A stretch of DNA of 64,000 bases, taken from positions 1 through 64,000 of the forward strand of contig CAWGSK010000012.1 of assembly GCA_963825055.1 (NCBI GenBank). Reading direction: 5' to 3'. Source of the stretch: an uncultured Gemmatimonadales bacterium. Lineage in GTDB: Bacteria > Gemmatimonadota > Gemmatimonadetes > Gemmatimonadales > GWC2-71-9. Positions 50,903 to 60,871 of this stretch are shown piece after piece (position 1 is the stretch's first letter; each line of letters begins with the position of its first letter). The notes beneath the pieces are model-generated. The model worked only from the letters and a program-made list of their open reading frames with translations, did no database searches and was not told where the DNA came from. A program made the position numbers and the translations under genes.

Positions 50903-52606
50903 TCAGAACTCCATCTTCTTCATCCGGCTCAGGGCAATCCGGAGCGGTACCAGCGTGGCCGCGGTGCAGAGCATGGCCACTGCCCCCAGGGAGCCGACCA
51001 GGGCGCCATCGAGCGGCAGCTCCCGGTGGTACTCCCGGGCCCGCAGGTACAGCATCACCGGCCGCGCCTCCATGCTGATCACCACCGCGAGCAGCCCGAC
51101 CGCGCTCATCATGAGCAGCAGTCCACCGAAACTCGTGGGGATCTGTGCCGCGTTCTCCGATTCGAACTGCGGAAACAGCACCCCGAACATGAGAGCCAGG
51201 GCGCAGAGGGCAAACGTCAGGAACACCGTCGTTCCCAGGCTCACGGCCATCATGAACGGGGAGACCCGGAGCAGGGTATTGGTGAGAATCGTGATGATGA
51301 CGGCCAGCAGGAGCAGGGGAATCGTCCCGATCCAGTACTTGCTCCAGAGCAGCGCCCGCAGGTCAAGCGGCGTGGAGCGAAGGAGCCACATCTGTTTTCC
51401 CTCGAGGGAGAACGACGGAAAGATGAACCGTGCGGCGATGGCAGCGAGCACGAAGCCCGCGAGCCCCATGTTCAGGAACGCCACTATGGTCACCAGGAAG
51501 AACGGGACGCGCTCGCCGCTGAAGAGCGGGAGTGCCCTGATGTTGAACAGGTAGACGATCACCAGCACGCCAAGGAGGATGAGCTGGCTCCATTGGGTGG
51601 AGTCGCGGAAGAAGAGCCGGACGTCCTTGACCAGGAGCTCGCGCCGCAACGCGCCGAGGGGGCGCAGCAGCGCGTTCAGCCGCCGCCAGGTCGGCGTCCG
51701 GCGACGCTGGTTGGCTCCTTCCTGCGCCCGGGTGTAGCCGGCCGTGTACCACCGGTAGTGGAAGGCCGCGCCGAAGACCACGAATGCGCCGGCGGTAGTC
51801 CAGAGCAGCGCGATGGGGAGCGGATCGGACACCCGGAGCAGCCAGTTCATCACCATCTGTGATGCCCACTCGCTCGGCAGGAACGGGTTGGTGGGCGCCT
51901 GCAGCACGGCGATGAAGTCCATCAGGTTCTGGAAGCCTTCGGGGCGCACCAGCTGCTCCGGCCGGATGATACGGAGCAGCAGCACGAGGCCGCCGACCAC
52001 GCCGATGGCCACCAGCCCGAGCAGGTCACGGGTCCGGCGGGCGGGGAAGACGTTCACCAGCAGCAGTGTGAGCGCGCTCCCGACCACGGCCGGCATCAGG
52101 AGCAGGGGGACCAGCGCCCCCGTCACCACGAAGGGGAAGAGCATGCCGCCGTCGTAGACGAGTCCGTAGGCGGTGAAGATCGGGACGGCGAGCAGCACCA
52201 CCATCCAGGAGGAGTGCACGGCGGTCTCGAACAGCTTGGCGAGGTAGACCCGGAGCCAGTCCACTGGCGCGGAGACCAGGAGGTCGAGATCGCGTGCCAG
52301 GAAGAAGGTGCTGAGGGAACTGATCAGGTTGGAGAGAAGGAGAATCGTCAGGAAGGCCAGCAGCACGAGGCCGAGGACCTTCCCCGCCAGGAGCGTCCCG
52401 ATATCCCGGGTACCCTGCAGGCTCCGCAGGACCCGCCATGCGATCCCGAACACGGTGAGCCAGAAGATCCCGCCGATGATCGTGAAGAGGATCACCTTGC
52501 CCGCGGCATCGCGGCTCCCCTGCCGGCTCCGCGCCAGGAGGCTCCGCCACTTGGGCGTGAGGATGGTCCAGAGGCCGGGCTGGGTCCGGACCAGGCCCTC
52601 AGCCAT
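50903..52606 (-). CDS. ABC-2-type exporter permease
   Basis: About 12 hydrophobic segments; DLDLLVSAPV, KDVRLFFRD, SLEGKQMWLLRSTP; follows the ABC ATPase. Confidence 0.85.
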   Translation of the reverse strand: MAEGLVRTQPGLWTILTPKWRSLLARSRQGSRDAAGKVILFTIIGGIFWLTVFGIAWRVLRSLQGTRDIGTLLAGKVLGLVLLAFLTILLLSNLISSLSTFFLARDLDLLVSAPVDWLRVYLAKLFETAVHSSWMVVLLAVPIFTAYGLVYDGGMLFPFVVTGALVPLLLMPAVVGSALTLLLVNVFPARRTRDLLGLVAIGVVGGLVLLLRIIRPEQLVRPEGFQNLMDFIAVLQAPTNPFLPSEWASQMVMNWLLRVSDPLPIALLWTTAGAFVVFGAAFHYRWYTAGYTRAQEGANQRRRTPTWRRLNALLRPLGALRRELLVKDVRLFFRDSTQWSQLILLGVLVIVYLFNIRALPLFSGERVPFFLVTIVAFLNMGLAGFVLAAIAARFIFPSFSLEGKQMWLLRSTPLDLRALLWSKYWIGTIPLLLLAVIITILTNTLLRVSPFMMAVSLGTTVFLTFALCALALMFGVLFPQFESENAAQIPTSFGGLLLMMSAVGLLAVVISMEARPVMLYLRAREYHRELPLDGALVGSLGAVAMLCTAATLVPLRIALSRMKKMEF

Positions 52607-53357
52607 CGAGCACCGCGTCCAGCGCCTGCGCGGGAGCCCCGCCGGTCACCTTCAGGAAGATGCCCTCGAGACTCATCCCGGCGGACCCGGTCTGGGCCTG
52701 GAGGTCCGCAAGGGTTCCGGCTCCCACGATCTGTCCGCCCTGGATGATGGCGATCCGGTCGCACACGCTCTCCGCGACCTCGAGCGTGTGGGTACTCATC
52801 AGCACGGTGCCGCCCCGGTCCACGAAACCGCGGAACAGGTCCTTCAGCAGTCGCGCGCTCTTGGGGTCGAGTCCGACCATCGGCTCGTCCACCACGATCA
52901 CCTCGGGACGATGCACCAGGGCGCTCGCGATGATCACCTTCTGGCGCATGCCGTGGCTGTACGACTCGATGAGCTCATCCTTCCACCGGTCCAGTTCGAA
53001 GAGCCCGAGCAGCTCCACCGCCCGCCGTTCCACCGTCGGCCCCTCCTGCCCGAAGAGCGCGGCGACGAACCGGAGGAATTCGAGGCCGGTGAGCTTTTCG
53101 TAGACGTACGGCCGGTCCGGGATGAAGCCGAGCCGGGCCTTCGCCGCCATCGGCTGGCGCTGGATGTCGTCACCCCCGATCGTCACGGTGCCGCTCGTGG
53201 GTCTCAGGATGCCGGCAATCATGCGCAGCGTCGAGGTCTTGCCGGCGCCATTCGGGCCCAGGAAGCCGAAGAGCTGCCCTGCCGGGATGTCCAGCGAGAT
53301 CCCGTCGACGGCGGTGAACTGGCCGTAGCGCTTGGTGAGTTCGATCAGGCGGATCAT
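52599..53357 (-). CDS. ABC transporter ATP-binding protein
   Basis: GPNGAGKTS, YSHGMRQK, VVDEP, STH. Confidence 0.95.
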   Translation of the reverse strand: MIRLIELTKRYGQFTAVDGISLDIPAGQLFGFLGPNGAGKTSTLRMIAGILRPTSGTVTIGGDDIQRQPMAAKARLGFIPDRPYVYEKLTGLEFLRFVAALFGQEGPTVERRAVELLGLFELDRWKDELIESYSHGMRQKVIIASALVHRPEVIVVDEPMVGLDPKSARLLKDLFRGFVDRGGTVLMSTHTLEVAESVCDRIAIIQGGQIVGAGTLADLQAQTGSAGMSLEGIFLKVTGGAPAQALDAVLDG

Positions 53358-54898
53358 GGCGTGCCGGAAGCAGGGGTGGTCCAGAGCCGGAGTCCCCCGA
53401 TCAGGGGAAGCAGGACGTCGAGCCGGGCCCGTCCGTCCGTGGCGAGGCGGATATGGCGCGCGTCAACCGGGAACTGTCCCAGCAGCGGGTCCACCTCCAC
53501 CCACCCGTCCAGGTAGAGCTCCGTCCAGCTGTGAAGGTAGAACCGTCCGCCCACCTGCAGGAGGCCCGACACGGGACGCGCCGGGATTCCCGCGGCGCGT
53601 GCCATCGCCGTGAGGACCAGCGCGTGCCCGTCCGCATCCCCCCGGCCGGCGTCGAGCACCGTCCGGGCGCTCGCCGGGCCCGCCGGCGCATCCCGCAGGC
53701 GGCGGTCCACCCAGGCCGTGAGCCGTCGCGCAACGGTGACCGGGTCCGCAGCGCGACCGGCGGCCCGGAGGCTCAGGGCGATCACGGTTGAGTCCGTCGA
53801 TTCGACCCACGGGTCCGGGGCCAGCCACCGCGCCAGCGAGTCGCGGGTCGCGCTGTCGGGCGGAGCGGCAGTTCCCGGTGCCTCGCCGGCAACGACGGTG
53901 AGCTGGTCGCCGGTCCAGTGATTGCGCGCGCTGTGCAGGGCATCGAATCCCATCGTGTCGAGGGTGCGTTCCGGGGTGCCAATGTGGACGGTCAGCTGGT
54001 TCCGTCGCGTGCGATCCGGCGGGTGGCCCGCCTCGAGGGCGGTGGCGAACTCCGGCAGCCGGTCGGAGGCTGAGGTGGCCCGCCGGCGCCGACGGAGCCG
54101 GTAGTTCGTGTTCACCATCTCGAACGCCGACCGGGTCAGGACGAGCCCCGGCATCCCGAACCCCAGGGTGGTCCGGCCGTAACGGTCCAGGGCCCGGGTT
54201 CCGGGGAGGTCACTGCGATGCACGTCCCACACCAGCACGGAATCGATGGTGGCGGCGTCCCAGATGCCGGTTGCCTCGTTGAACTCCGCGCTGTCCACCA
54301 CCGCAACCCGGTGCGACGGCCCTACGGTGAACCTGACGGTGTCCACGGTAAGCCTGATCGGATCAAACACGGGAACCTCGGTCACGAGGCCGGGCTGCAG
54401 CCGGCCACGCGCCGCGAGCCACCAGGCAGCGGCGACCAGGGGAACCGGCCTGGTGCCGAGGGCGAGCTCCCATTCCCGGGCGTGGTCGCCCTCGCCGGCC
54501 CTGACCCGGAGGAGGGTGTCGCCCTCCGCGACCCCGGCAATCGGAAAATTGCCTCCAGTCGTGGGCAGGGTCAGGCGCCAGCTCAGCAGCCGCAGGTCCG
54601 GCGAGAGTTCGTAGTCGGCCAGGATCGTGGCTCTCGTGGCCGCGCCGGTGCGCGGCAGGTCCACGCCGGTGCGCTCGGTGACGCGAAACCCGCTGGCGGT
54701 GGTGTCCACGGTCAGCGAGGCAACGCCGATCTGGCTCCCTGCCGCGCGCACGCCGTAGAAAATGGTTTCCGGAGGCAGGAGTGTCCCGCCGTCACGGTCG
54801 AACGGGTCCAGCGCGCTTTCCCGCTCGCGGAAGGTCAGCCAGCCGAGGCTGCCGAACCAGGACGTTAGAATGAGCCACGCGAGGACCCGACGGTTCAA
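53354..54898 (-). CDS. Membrane-anchored transglutaminase-like protein, catalytic Cys replaced by Ala
   Basis: N-terminal TM; GRGDADGHA..ARAAGIPAR.VSG..HSWTELY..GWVEVDP. Confidence 0.8.
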   Translation of the reverse strand: MNRRVLAWLILTSWFGSLGWLTFRERESALDPFDRDGGTLLPPETIFYGVRAAGSQIGVASLTVDTTASGFRVTERTGVDLPRTGAATRATILADYELSPDLRLLSWRLTLPTTGGNFPIAGVAEGDTLLRVRAGEGDHAREWELALGTRPVPLVAAAWWLAARGRLQPGLVTEVPVFDPIRLTVDTVRFTVGPSHRVAVVDSAEFNEATGIWDAATIDSVLVWDVHRSDLPGTRALDRYGRTTLGFGMPGLVLTRSAFEMVNTNYRLRRRRRATSASDRLPEFATALEAGHPPDRTRRNQLTVHIGTPERTLDTMGFDALHSARNHWTGDQLTVVAGEAPGTAAPPDSATRDSLARWLAPDPWVESTDSTVIALSLRAAGRAADPVTVARRLTAWVDRRLRDAPAGPASARTVLDAGRGDADGHALVLTAMARAAGIPARPVSGLLQVGGRFYLHSWTELYLDGWVEVDPLLGQFPVDARHIRLATDGRARLDVLLPLIGGLRLWTTPASGTP

Positions 54899-55392
54899 CG
54901 CGGGATGCTCCCGGTCACGGCCTCGACAGCGGACCGGTCGCCGTCACGCTCCAGGACGACCACCAGCTCGGCGGGGAATTCGGTGGTACCGCGTGCCCGG
55001 AACGTGTCGCGGAGAAGGCTGGCGGCATCCTCGACGCCCAGCGCCGGGCCGGTGCCGACGAGCGGCGCGGCGAGCTTGACGAGGCGCCAGTCGGCGGCCC
55101 GTTGCCATGCGGAAACCAGCGCGCGCCGCACCGTCTCCGGACCCGGCGGCGTGGTGTCGCTCTGGATCACGAGGTGGATGACCAGATTGGCTTCGAGGTC
55201 GCCGCCCCCGGTGATGACGGCGGCGCCCACGTCGAGGGGGGACTGGAGCCGGCGCTGGGCGGCGAAGGCGTCGCCGCCCTGCCGGTCGAGCCGGAGGATG
55301 GCGGGGCTGGTCGCCTCCAGCCGGTCGTTGCACGGCCGGAGCACGGCATCCGCCGCCATGAACGCGAGGTCGTCCACGGCGACGTGGATCAC
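54895..55392 (-). CDS. Macro domain protein (divergent)
   Basis: GTG overlaps the TPR stop; ADAVLRP, VGAAVITGGGDL, VIHLV, LAAPLVGTG. Confidence 0.78.
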   Translation of the reverse strand: MIHVAVDDLAFMAADAVLRPCNDRLEATSPAILRLDRQGGDAFAAQRRLQSPLDVGAAVITGGGDLEANLVIHLVIQSDTTPPGPETVRRALVSAWQRAADWRLVKLAAPLVGTGPALGVEDAASLLRDTFRARGTTEFPAELVVVLERDGDRSAVEAVTGSIPR

Positions 55393-56066
55393 GTCGTCTC
55401 GAGCTCCCGTGCCTGGCGGTACATCTCCAGGGCCTCGGTCGGCCGGTTCATGCGGTCGAACACCCGGCCGAGCATGTAAAAGGTGCGGCCGTTCGGTTCC
55501 AGGTGGGCGGAACGCTCCAGCGCGAACTGCGCGCCTGCATGATCGCCGGTGTGGTTCAGCGCCTCGCCGAGGTAGTACCACGCCGCCGCGTTGGATTCGT
55601 CGTGGTCCAGCGCGCGGCGGAACGCATCGGCGGCAGGCTCCGGCAGCCCGCGGCGCCAGTAGACCATTCCGAGGTTGAAATGCGCATCGGCGCTGGACGG
55701 CGCCAGCCGGATGGCGCGCCTGAGGTCGGCCTCGGCGTCGTCGTACTGCTTCATGCCCGCGCGGATGGCCGCGCGGTTCACCAGCAGCTCCACCTGGTCG
55801 GGATGGTACCGCAGCGCGGCGCTGAGCTCGTCCAGCGCCATGGCCGGTTCGCCCGCGCGTTCCAGGAGCAGGGCAAGGTTGTTGTGGGCCCCGGCGTGGC
55901 CCGGTTCGAGCACGAGCATTTCCCGATAGAGCTGAATGGCCTCCGTCCACCGTCCGCGCCGGGCCGCCTCGCCCGCACGCTGGTAGAAGCGTTCCGCCTC
56001 GGTGCCGTCGGCCGGGCCGGGCTCGGCGGAACCGTTGCCCGAGGGCTCTGACGCAAAAGGACGCAT
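55389..56066 (-). CDS. Tetratricopeptide repeat protein
   Basis: Repeated TPR units (AHNNLALLL, AHFNLGMVY, AWYYLGEAL, FYMLGRVF). Start uncertain (56066, 56084 or further upstream). Confidence 0.85.
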   Translation of the reverse strand: MRPFASEPSGNGSAEPGPADGTEAERFYQRAGEAARRGRWTEAIQLYREMLVLEPGHAGAHNNLALLLERAGEPAMALDELSAALRYHPDQVELLVNRAAIRAGMKQYDDAEADLRRAIRLAPSSADAHFNLGMVYWRRGLPEPAADAFRRALDHDESNAAAWYYLGEALNHTGDHAGAQFALERSAHLEPNGRTFYMLGRVFDRMNRPTEALEMYRQARELETT

Positions 56067-56300
56067 TGAGAAGTGGAGATCCACGTTCCGGCTTACGGGG
56101 TCTGCCTCCAGCCCCCCGGTGCCAAAAAGCTCAAGGTGGGCCTGCTCGCGCCCGCTGGTCCGGCTGTGACGGGCTCGACGCATGCACGCACTCCCGATGA
56201 TTAAAGGGAAAGGCCGGCGGATGGAGGACAGGCGCCCGCCGGCAGGTGACGCTTCGGAAGTCTAGAAAGTTAGCAGGGAAACGGGAAGGCATGACCGCGC

Positions 56301-56373
56301 TGTCCGTCAGGTCCGTCCGGTCCGCCCGGTCCGGCCTGTCCGCCCTGTCCGTCCTGGTCCGTCCTGTCCGCCC
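56301..56373. repeat. 9-bp tandem repeat (T/G)GTCCGNC(C/A) x8 upstream of uvrA
   Basis: tgtccgtca ggtccgtcc ggtccgccc ggtccggcc tgtccgccc tgtccgtcc tggtccgtcc tgtccgccc. Confidence 0.8.
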
Positions 56374-56406
56374 TGTTGTATATCGACCTCGCCACCCATA
56401 CGTTTC

Positions 56407-59277
56407 ATGGCTATGCCGGAAGAGTCGCTGGTCGTCCGAGGGGCGCGGGAACACAATCTGCAGAACGTGACGGTCCGGATTCCCCGGAATGAGCTCACGG
56501 TCATTACCGGCCTCTCCGGGTCGGGCAAGTCCTCCCTGGCGTTCGATACGATTTATGCCGAAGGCCAGCGGCGGTACGTCGAGTCGCTGTCCGCCTATGC
56601 CCGCCAGTTCCTCGGGCTCATGGAGAAGCCCGACGTCGATGCGATCGAGGGCCTCTCCCCGGCCATTTCCATCGAGCAGAAGAGCGCCGGCCAGAATCCG
56701 CGCTCGACCGTCGGCACCGTCACCGAGGTCTATGACTACCTGCGCCTGCTCTGGGCCCGGGTGGGCGTACCCCACTGTCCGAACGACGGATCCCCGGTTG
56801 AGCGGCAGAGCGCCACCCAGATCACCGACACCATCCTCCAGTGGCCCGAAGGCACCCGGCTCGAGATACTTGCGCCGCTGGTGCAGGGGAGGAAGGGTGA
56901 GTTCCGCGAGCTCTTCGAGGAGGCCCGGAAGAAGGGGTTCGTGCGGGTCCGGGTGGACGGCGAGACGTACGACCTGTCCGACGTACCCGCCCTGAACCGG
57001 CGGCGCAACCATGATATCGCACTGGTGGTGGACCGCCTCGCGGTGAAGCCCGAGGATCGCTCGCGCCTGGCCGACTCGGTTGAGACGGCCCTCCGTGCAG
57101 CCGAGGGCGTGGTGGAGGCATGGCGCTACCCGGAAGGCGGAGAGCCGGAGCGCGTGATGTTCTCGGAGCGCTTCGCCTGTCCGGTCTGCGGCCTGAGCCT
57201 GCCGGAGCTCGAGCCCCGCCAGTTCAGCTTCAACTCCCCGTTCGGGATCTGCCCCGACTGTCACGGCCTCGGGACCCGGCGCGAGGTGAATGTCGACCTG
57301 GTCCTGGGCGATCCGAGTATCTCGATCCTTGAGGGCGTCATCCTCCCGTGGGGCGAGCCCAGCGGGTACCTGCGCAAGGTGGTGCTGCCGACCCTGGCCG
57401 AGGCGCTGCGGTTCGACCTGGCCGCGCCATGGGGGGAAATCCCGGAGGGAGTGCGCCACCAGATCCTCTACGGACTCCCCGGGCGGACTCTCAAGTTTGC
57501 GACGTCGGGGTCACGCTCGGGCCGGGAGTACGAGAGCGAATGGGAAGGCGTGCTGGCCAACGTCCAGCGGCGCTACCGGGAGAGCAGCAGCGATTCCGCC
57601 CGGACCTCCCTCGAGGAGTACATGGTTGAACAGCCGTGTCCCGCGTGCGGGGGGAAGCGGCTCAAGCCCGAGAGCCTCGCGGTGCTGGTCCACGGGCGGA
57701 GTATCGGGGATATCGTCGAGCTGCCGGTCAGCCGCGCGCTGGCGTTCTTCGAGAGCATTCCGCTCCGGAGCGGCCGCCGCCCCGGCGTGGACCCGGATAT
57801 CGCCGGGCCCATCCTGAAGGAGGTCCGTGACCGCCTGCGCTTCCTCCGCGACGTGGGCCTCGACTACCTCACCCTTGGCCGTGGCGCCGCCTCGCTCTCG
57901 GGTGGCGAAGCGCAGCGGATCCGGCTCGCCACCCAGATCGGCTCCCGGCTGGTCGGGGTGCTCTACATCCTGGACGAGCCCAGCATCGGGCTGCACCAGC
58001 GGGACAACGCGCGCCTGCTCGAGACCCTGCGGGATCTGCGCGACCTCGGCAACACGGTGATCGTGGTCGAGCACGACGAGGACACCATCCGCGCGGCGGA
58101 CCACGTGATTGACCTTGGCCCGGGCGCGGGCCGCTTCGGCGGCCGGGTGGTGGCGGAGGGCAGCGTCGCCGACCTGCTCCAGGCCCCCGACTCGCTCACT
58201 GCCCGCTACCTGCGCGGAGACCTGCGCATCCCCATACCCGCCAGGCGGAGGCCGGTGACCGGGCGAGTCCTCAGGATCGTGGACGCGGCGGAGAACAACC
58301 TGCAGGACCTGACCGTGGAAGTCCCCCTCGGCGTCTTCGTCTCGGTCACCGGAGTTTCCGGGTCCGGGAAGTCGAGCCTGGTGACGGACATTCTCTACCG
58401 CGCGCTCGCCCGGCACTTCTACCGCGCACGCACCGTTCCCGGCCGGCACGCGCGGATCGAGGGCCTCGACGAGATCGACAAGGTGATCGAGATCGACCAG
58501 AGCCCCATCGGGCGGACGCCGCGCTCGAATCCCGCGACCTACACGGGGCTGTTCACGCCGATCCGGGAGCTGTTCGCCCAGCTGCCGGAGTCGAAGCTCC
58601 GGGGCTACGGTCCGGGACGGTTCTCGTTCAACGTGAAGGGCGGCCGCTGCGAGGCGTGCCAGGGCGACGGCCTGGTCAAGATCGAAATGCATTTCCTGCC
58701 GGACGTCTATGTGCCCTGCGAGGTCTGCAAGGGACGGCGCTACAACCGGGAGACGCTCGAGGTGCGCTACCGCGGGAAGAGCATTGCCGACGTGCTCGAC
58801 CTGACGGTGGAGGACGCGCTCGAGTTCTTCACCAGCCAGCGTCGCATTGCCGATCGTCTCGAACTCCTGAATGACGTCGGGCTGGGCTACATCCACCTGG
58901 GCCAGTCCGCCACGACCCTCTCCGGCGGCGAGGCGCAGCGGGTCAAGCTGGCCACCGAGCTGGCCAAGCGGGACACGGGCCGGACGCTGTATATCCTGGA
59001 CGAGCCTACCACCGGCCTCCACTTCGAGGATGTGCGTCTCCTGCTCAAGGTGCTGCACCGCCTGGTGGACAAGGGCAATACCGTCATCGTGATCGAGCAC
59101 AACCTGGACGTCATCAAGACGTCCGACTGGATCATCGACCTTGGCCCCGAAGGCGGGGACGCCGGCGGACGGATCGTGGCGGCCGGTACCCCGGAAGACG
59201 TGGCCGGGGTGGACGAGAGCCATACGGGGCAGTTCCTCGCGCCCCTCCTTGGCAGCGGGGCAGGAGTCGGCGCCTGA
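56407..59277 (+). CDS. uvrA: Excinuclease ABC subunit A
   Basis: [21 protein letters not shown], two LSGGEAQR signatures, zinc fingers, GVSGSGKS. Confidence 0.98.
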   Translation: MAMPEESLVVRGAREHNLQNVTVRIPRNELTVITGLSGSGKSSLAFDTIYAEGQRRYVESLSAYARQFLGLMEKPDVDAIEGLSPAISIEQKSAGQNPRSTVGTVTEVYDYLRLLWARVGVPHCPNDGSPVERQSATQITDTILQWPEGTRLEILAPLVQGRKGEFRELFEEARKKGFVRVRVDGETYDLSDVPALNRRRNHDIALVVDRLAVKPEDRSRLADSVETALRAAEGVVEAWRYPEGGEPERVMFSERFACPVCGLSLPELEPRQFSFNSPFGICPDCHGLGTRREVNVDLVLGDPSISILEGVILPWGEPSGYLRKVVLPTLAEALRFDLAAPWGEIPEGVRHQILYGLPGRTLKFATSGSRSGREYESEWEGVLANVQRRYRESSSDSARTSLEEYMVEQPCPACGGKRLKPESLAVLVHGRSIGDIVELPVSRALAFFESIPLRSGRRPGVDPDIAGPILKEVRDRLRFLRDVGLDYLTLGRGAASLSGGEAQRIRLATQIGSRLVGVLYILDEPSIGLHQRDNARLLETLRDLRDLGNTVIVVEHDEDTIRAADHVIDLGPGAGRFGGRVVAEGSVADLLQAPDSLTARYLRGDLRIPIPARRRPVTGRVLRIVDAAENNLQDLTVEVPLGVFVSVTGVSGSGKSSLVTDILYRALARHFYRARTVPGRHARIEGLDEIDKVIEIDQSPIGRTPRSNPATYTGLFTPIRELFAQLPESKLRGYGPGRFSFNVKGGRCEACQGDGLVKIEMHFLPDVYVPCEVCKGRRYNRETLEVRYRGKSIADVLDLTVEDALEFFTSQRRIADRLELLNDVGLGYIHLGQSATTLSGGEAQRVKLATELAKRDTGRTLYILDEPTTGLHFEDVRLLLKVLHRLVDKGNTVIVIEHNLDVIKTSDWIIDLGPEGGDAGGRIVAAGTPEDVAGVDESHTGQFLAPLLGSGAGVGA

Positions 59278-60500
59278 GCCCTCCAGGGGGTGAACCCGCG
59301 CGCCCCGCGCTCTCCGGCCCTCACCGGCTGTCTCCCACCGTCCGCCGGCTCGGCTGGGCCAGTTTCTTCAACGATGTCGCCAGCGAGATGAGCTACGCCC
59401 TGCTGCCCGGCTTCCTGCTCGGGTTGCCCGGGGGAAGCACCGTGGTGCTGGGCGCGATCGAGGGCGCGGCCGATACCGTCTCCGGTTTGATACGGATCTG
59501 GTCGGGCGTCTGGTCGGATCGCCTCAGTCGGCGGAAACAGCTGGTGCTCTGGGGCTACGCGGCGGCGGTGGTGGCGCGCCCACTGACCGGACTGGCGACC
59601 GCGGCGTGGCACCTCGTGCCGATCCGCATTGTGGATCGCACCGGGAAGGGTTTCCGGTCCGCGCCCCGGGACGCGATGATCGTCGACGCCACACCGGCCG
59701 GCGCCCGCGGCGCCGCGTTCGGGTTCCAGCGGGCGATGGACCATCTGGGAGCGGCCGTGGGCCCGCTCCTGGCGGTGGGATTCCTGCTTCTCTGGCCGGG
59801 GCAGGTCCGGACGCTGTTCGTCGCGACGATCGTGCCCGGTGCCGTGGTGCTCGTCCTCCTGGCCACGTTGCGCGAGCCCTCGCGCGCGACGGTCGCCCAA
59901 CCCGGGCCGCGGATCCCCGCGCCCCCGATCGGCCGTCCCCTCCGGCGGTATCTGGTAGCACTCCTCGTGTTCACGTTCGGGAATGCCAGCGATGCCTTTC
60001 TCCTCGTGCGCGCGCGTGAACTTGGTATTGCCACCGCCGCTCTTCCGTTGCTCTGGTCCATGTTTCATGTCGTGAAGAGTGCCGGCAGCGGGTACGCCGG
60101 ACGGCTGGCCGACCGGATCGACCCCCGCCACCTGATCCATGCCGGCTGGGCACTGTATGCGGCGGTGTATGCGGGGTTTGCCCTCAGCGCCGCCGCCTGG
60201 CACATCTGGGGTCTGTTCGCCCTGTACGGCGTGTTCCACGCCCTCACCGAGCCGGCCGAGCGTGCCATGGTGGCGCGTCTCGCTGATCTCCGGGGGATCG
60301 GACGCGCCTACGGATGGTACAACGGCGCCCTGGTGGCCGGGGCGCTGCCGGCCAGCCTGCTCTTCGGATGGCTGTACGGGCACTTCGGAGCCCCGGCTGC
60401 GTTCGGCGCCGCCGCGGCCTTCGCCATCGCAGGCACCGTCCTGCTCGGGTTGCTGCGGCCGACTCCTCCCTCCGGTATGGGGGCCGGCGTCGGTGCCTGA
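59274..60500 (+). CDS. MFS transporter, probable CTG start
   Basis: In-frame [14 protein letters not shown] lies upstream of ATG 59388; [11 protein letters not shown] motif [15 protein letters not shown]; about 12 TM. CTG 59274 overlaps the uvrA stop with AGGAG 7 nt upstream. Confidence 0.85.
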   Translation: MSPPGGEPARPALSGPHRLSPTVRRLGWASFFNDVASEMSYALLPGFLLGLPGGSTVVLGAIEGAADTVSGLIRIWSGVWSDRLSRRKQLVLWGYAAAVVARPLTGLATAAWHLVPIRIVDRTGKGFRSAPRDAMIVDATPAGARGAAFGFQRAMDHLGAAVGPLLAVGFLLLWPGQVRTLFVATIVPGAVVLVLLATLREPSRATVAQPGPRIPAPPIGRPLRRYLVALLVFTFGNASDAFLLVRARELGIATAALPLLWSMFHVVKSAGSGYAGRLADRIDPRHLIHAGWALYAAVYAGFALSAAAWHIWGLFALYGVFHALTEPAERAMVARLADLRGIGRAYGWYNGALVAGALPASLLFGWLYGHFGAPAAFGAAAAFAIAGTVLLGLLRPTPPSGMGAGVGA

Positions 60501-60584
60501 CCGGGCGTCCCTCCCGCTCTTCCTCCACCTGCCTATCTTTGGGACAGGCGATCCTTCTGGTGTGACCTCCCGCAGGGGTGTGGC

Positions 60585-60836
60585 ATGAACGGCGCCGAGG
60601 TTCTGGTCCCCATCACGTTGTTTGTGTCGATCGCGGCAATCTTCATCCTCCGCGGCCCGCTCGGGCGGGCGATGGCCGACCGCCTCGCCGGCCGGCACCA
60701 GCCCGGCCCCGAGCTTGAGGACATGCGCGAGGAACTGCTCGAACTTCGCGATCGCCTGGCCGAAGCGGAGGAACGCCTCGACTTCAACGAACGGCTGCTC
60801 TCGCGCGGTGCGCCCGACAACCCTCCGCGGACCTGA
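60585..60836 (+). CDS. Small membrane protein with coiled-coil tail
   Basis: N-terminal TM, then ELLELRDRLAEAEERLDFNERLL. Confidence 0.7.
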   Translation: MNGAEVLVPITLFVSIAAIFILRGPLGRAMADRLAGRHQPGPELEDMREELLELRDRLAEAEERLDFNERLLSRGAPDNPPRT

Positions 60837-60871
60837 TGGCCCGCCCTCTCCTTCCCTCACCTCCCAGGCCC

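Noticed and set aside
50903..53357. ABC pair as the missing CcmAB
   Set aside because: The permease is 567 aa, far longer than CcmB, and belongs to a different operon with no ccmC.
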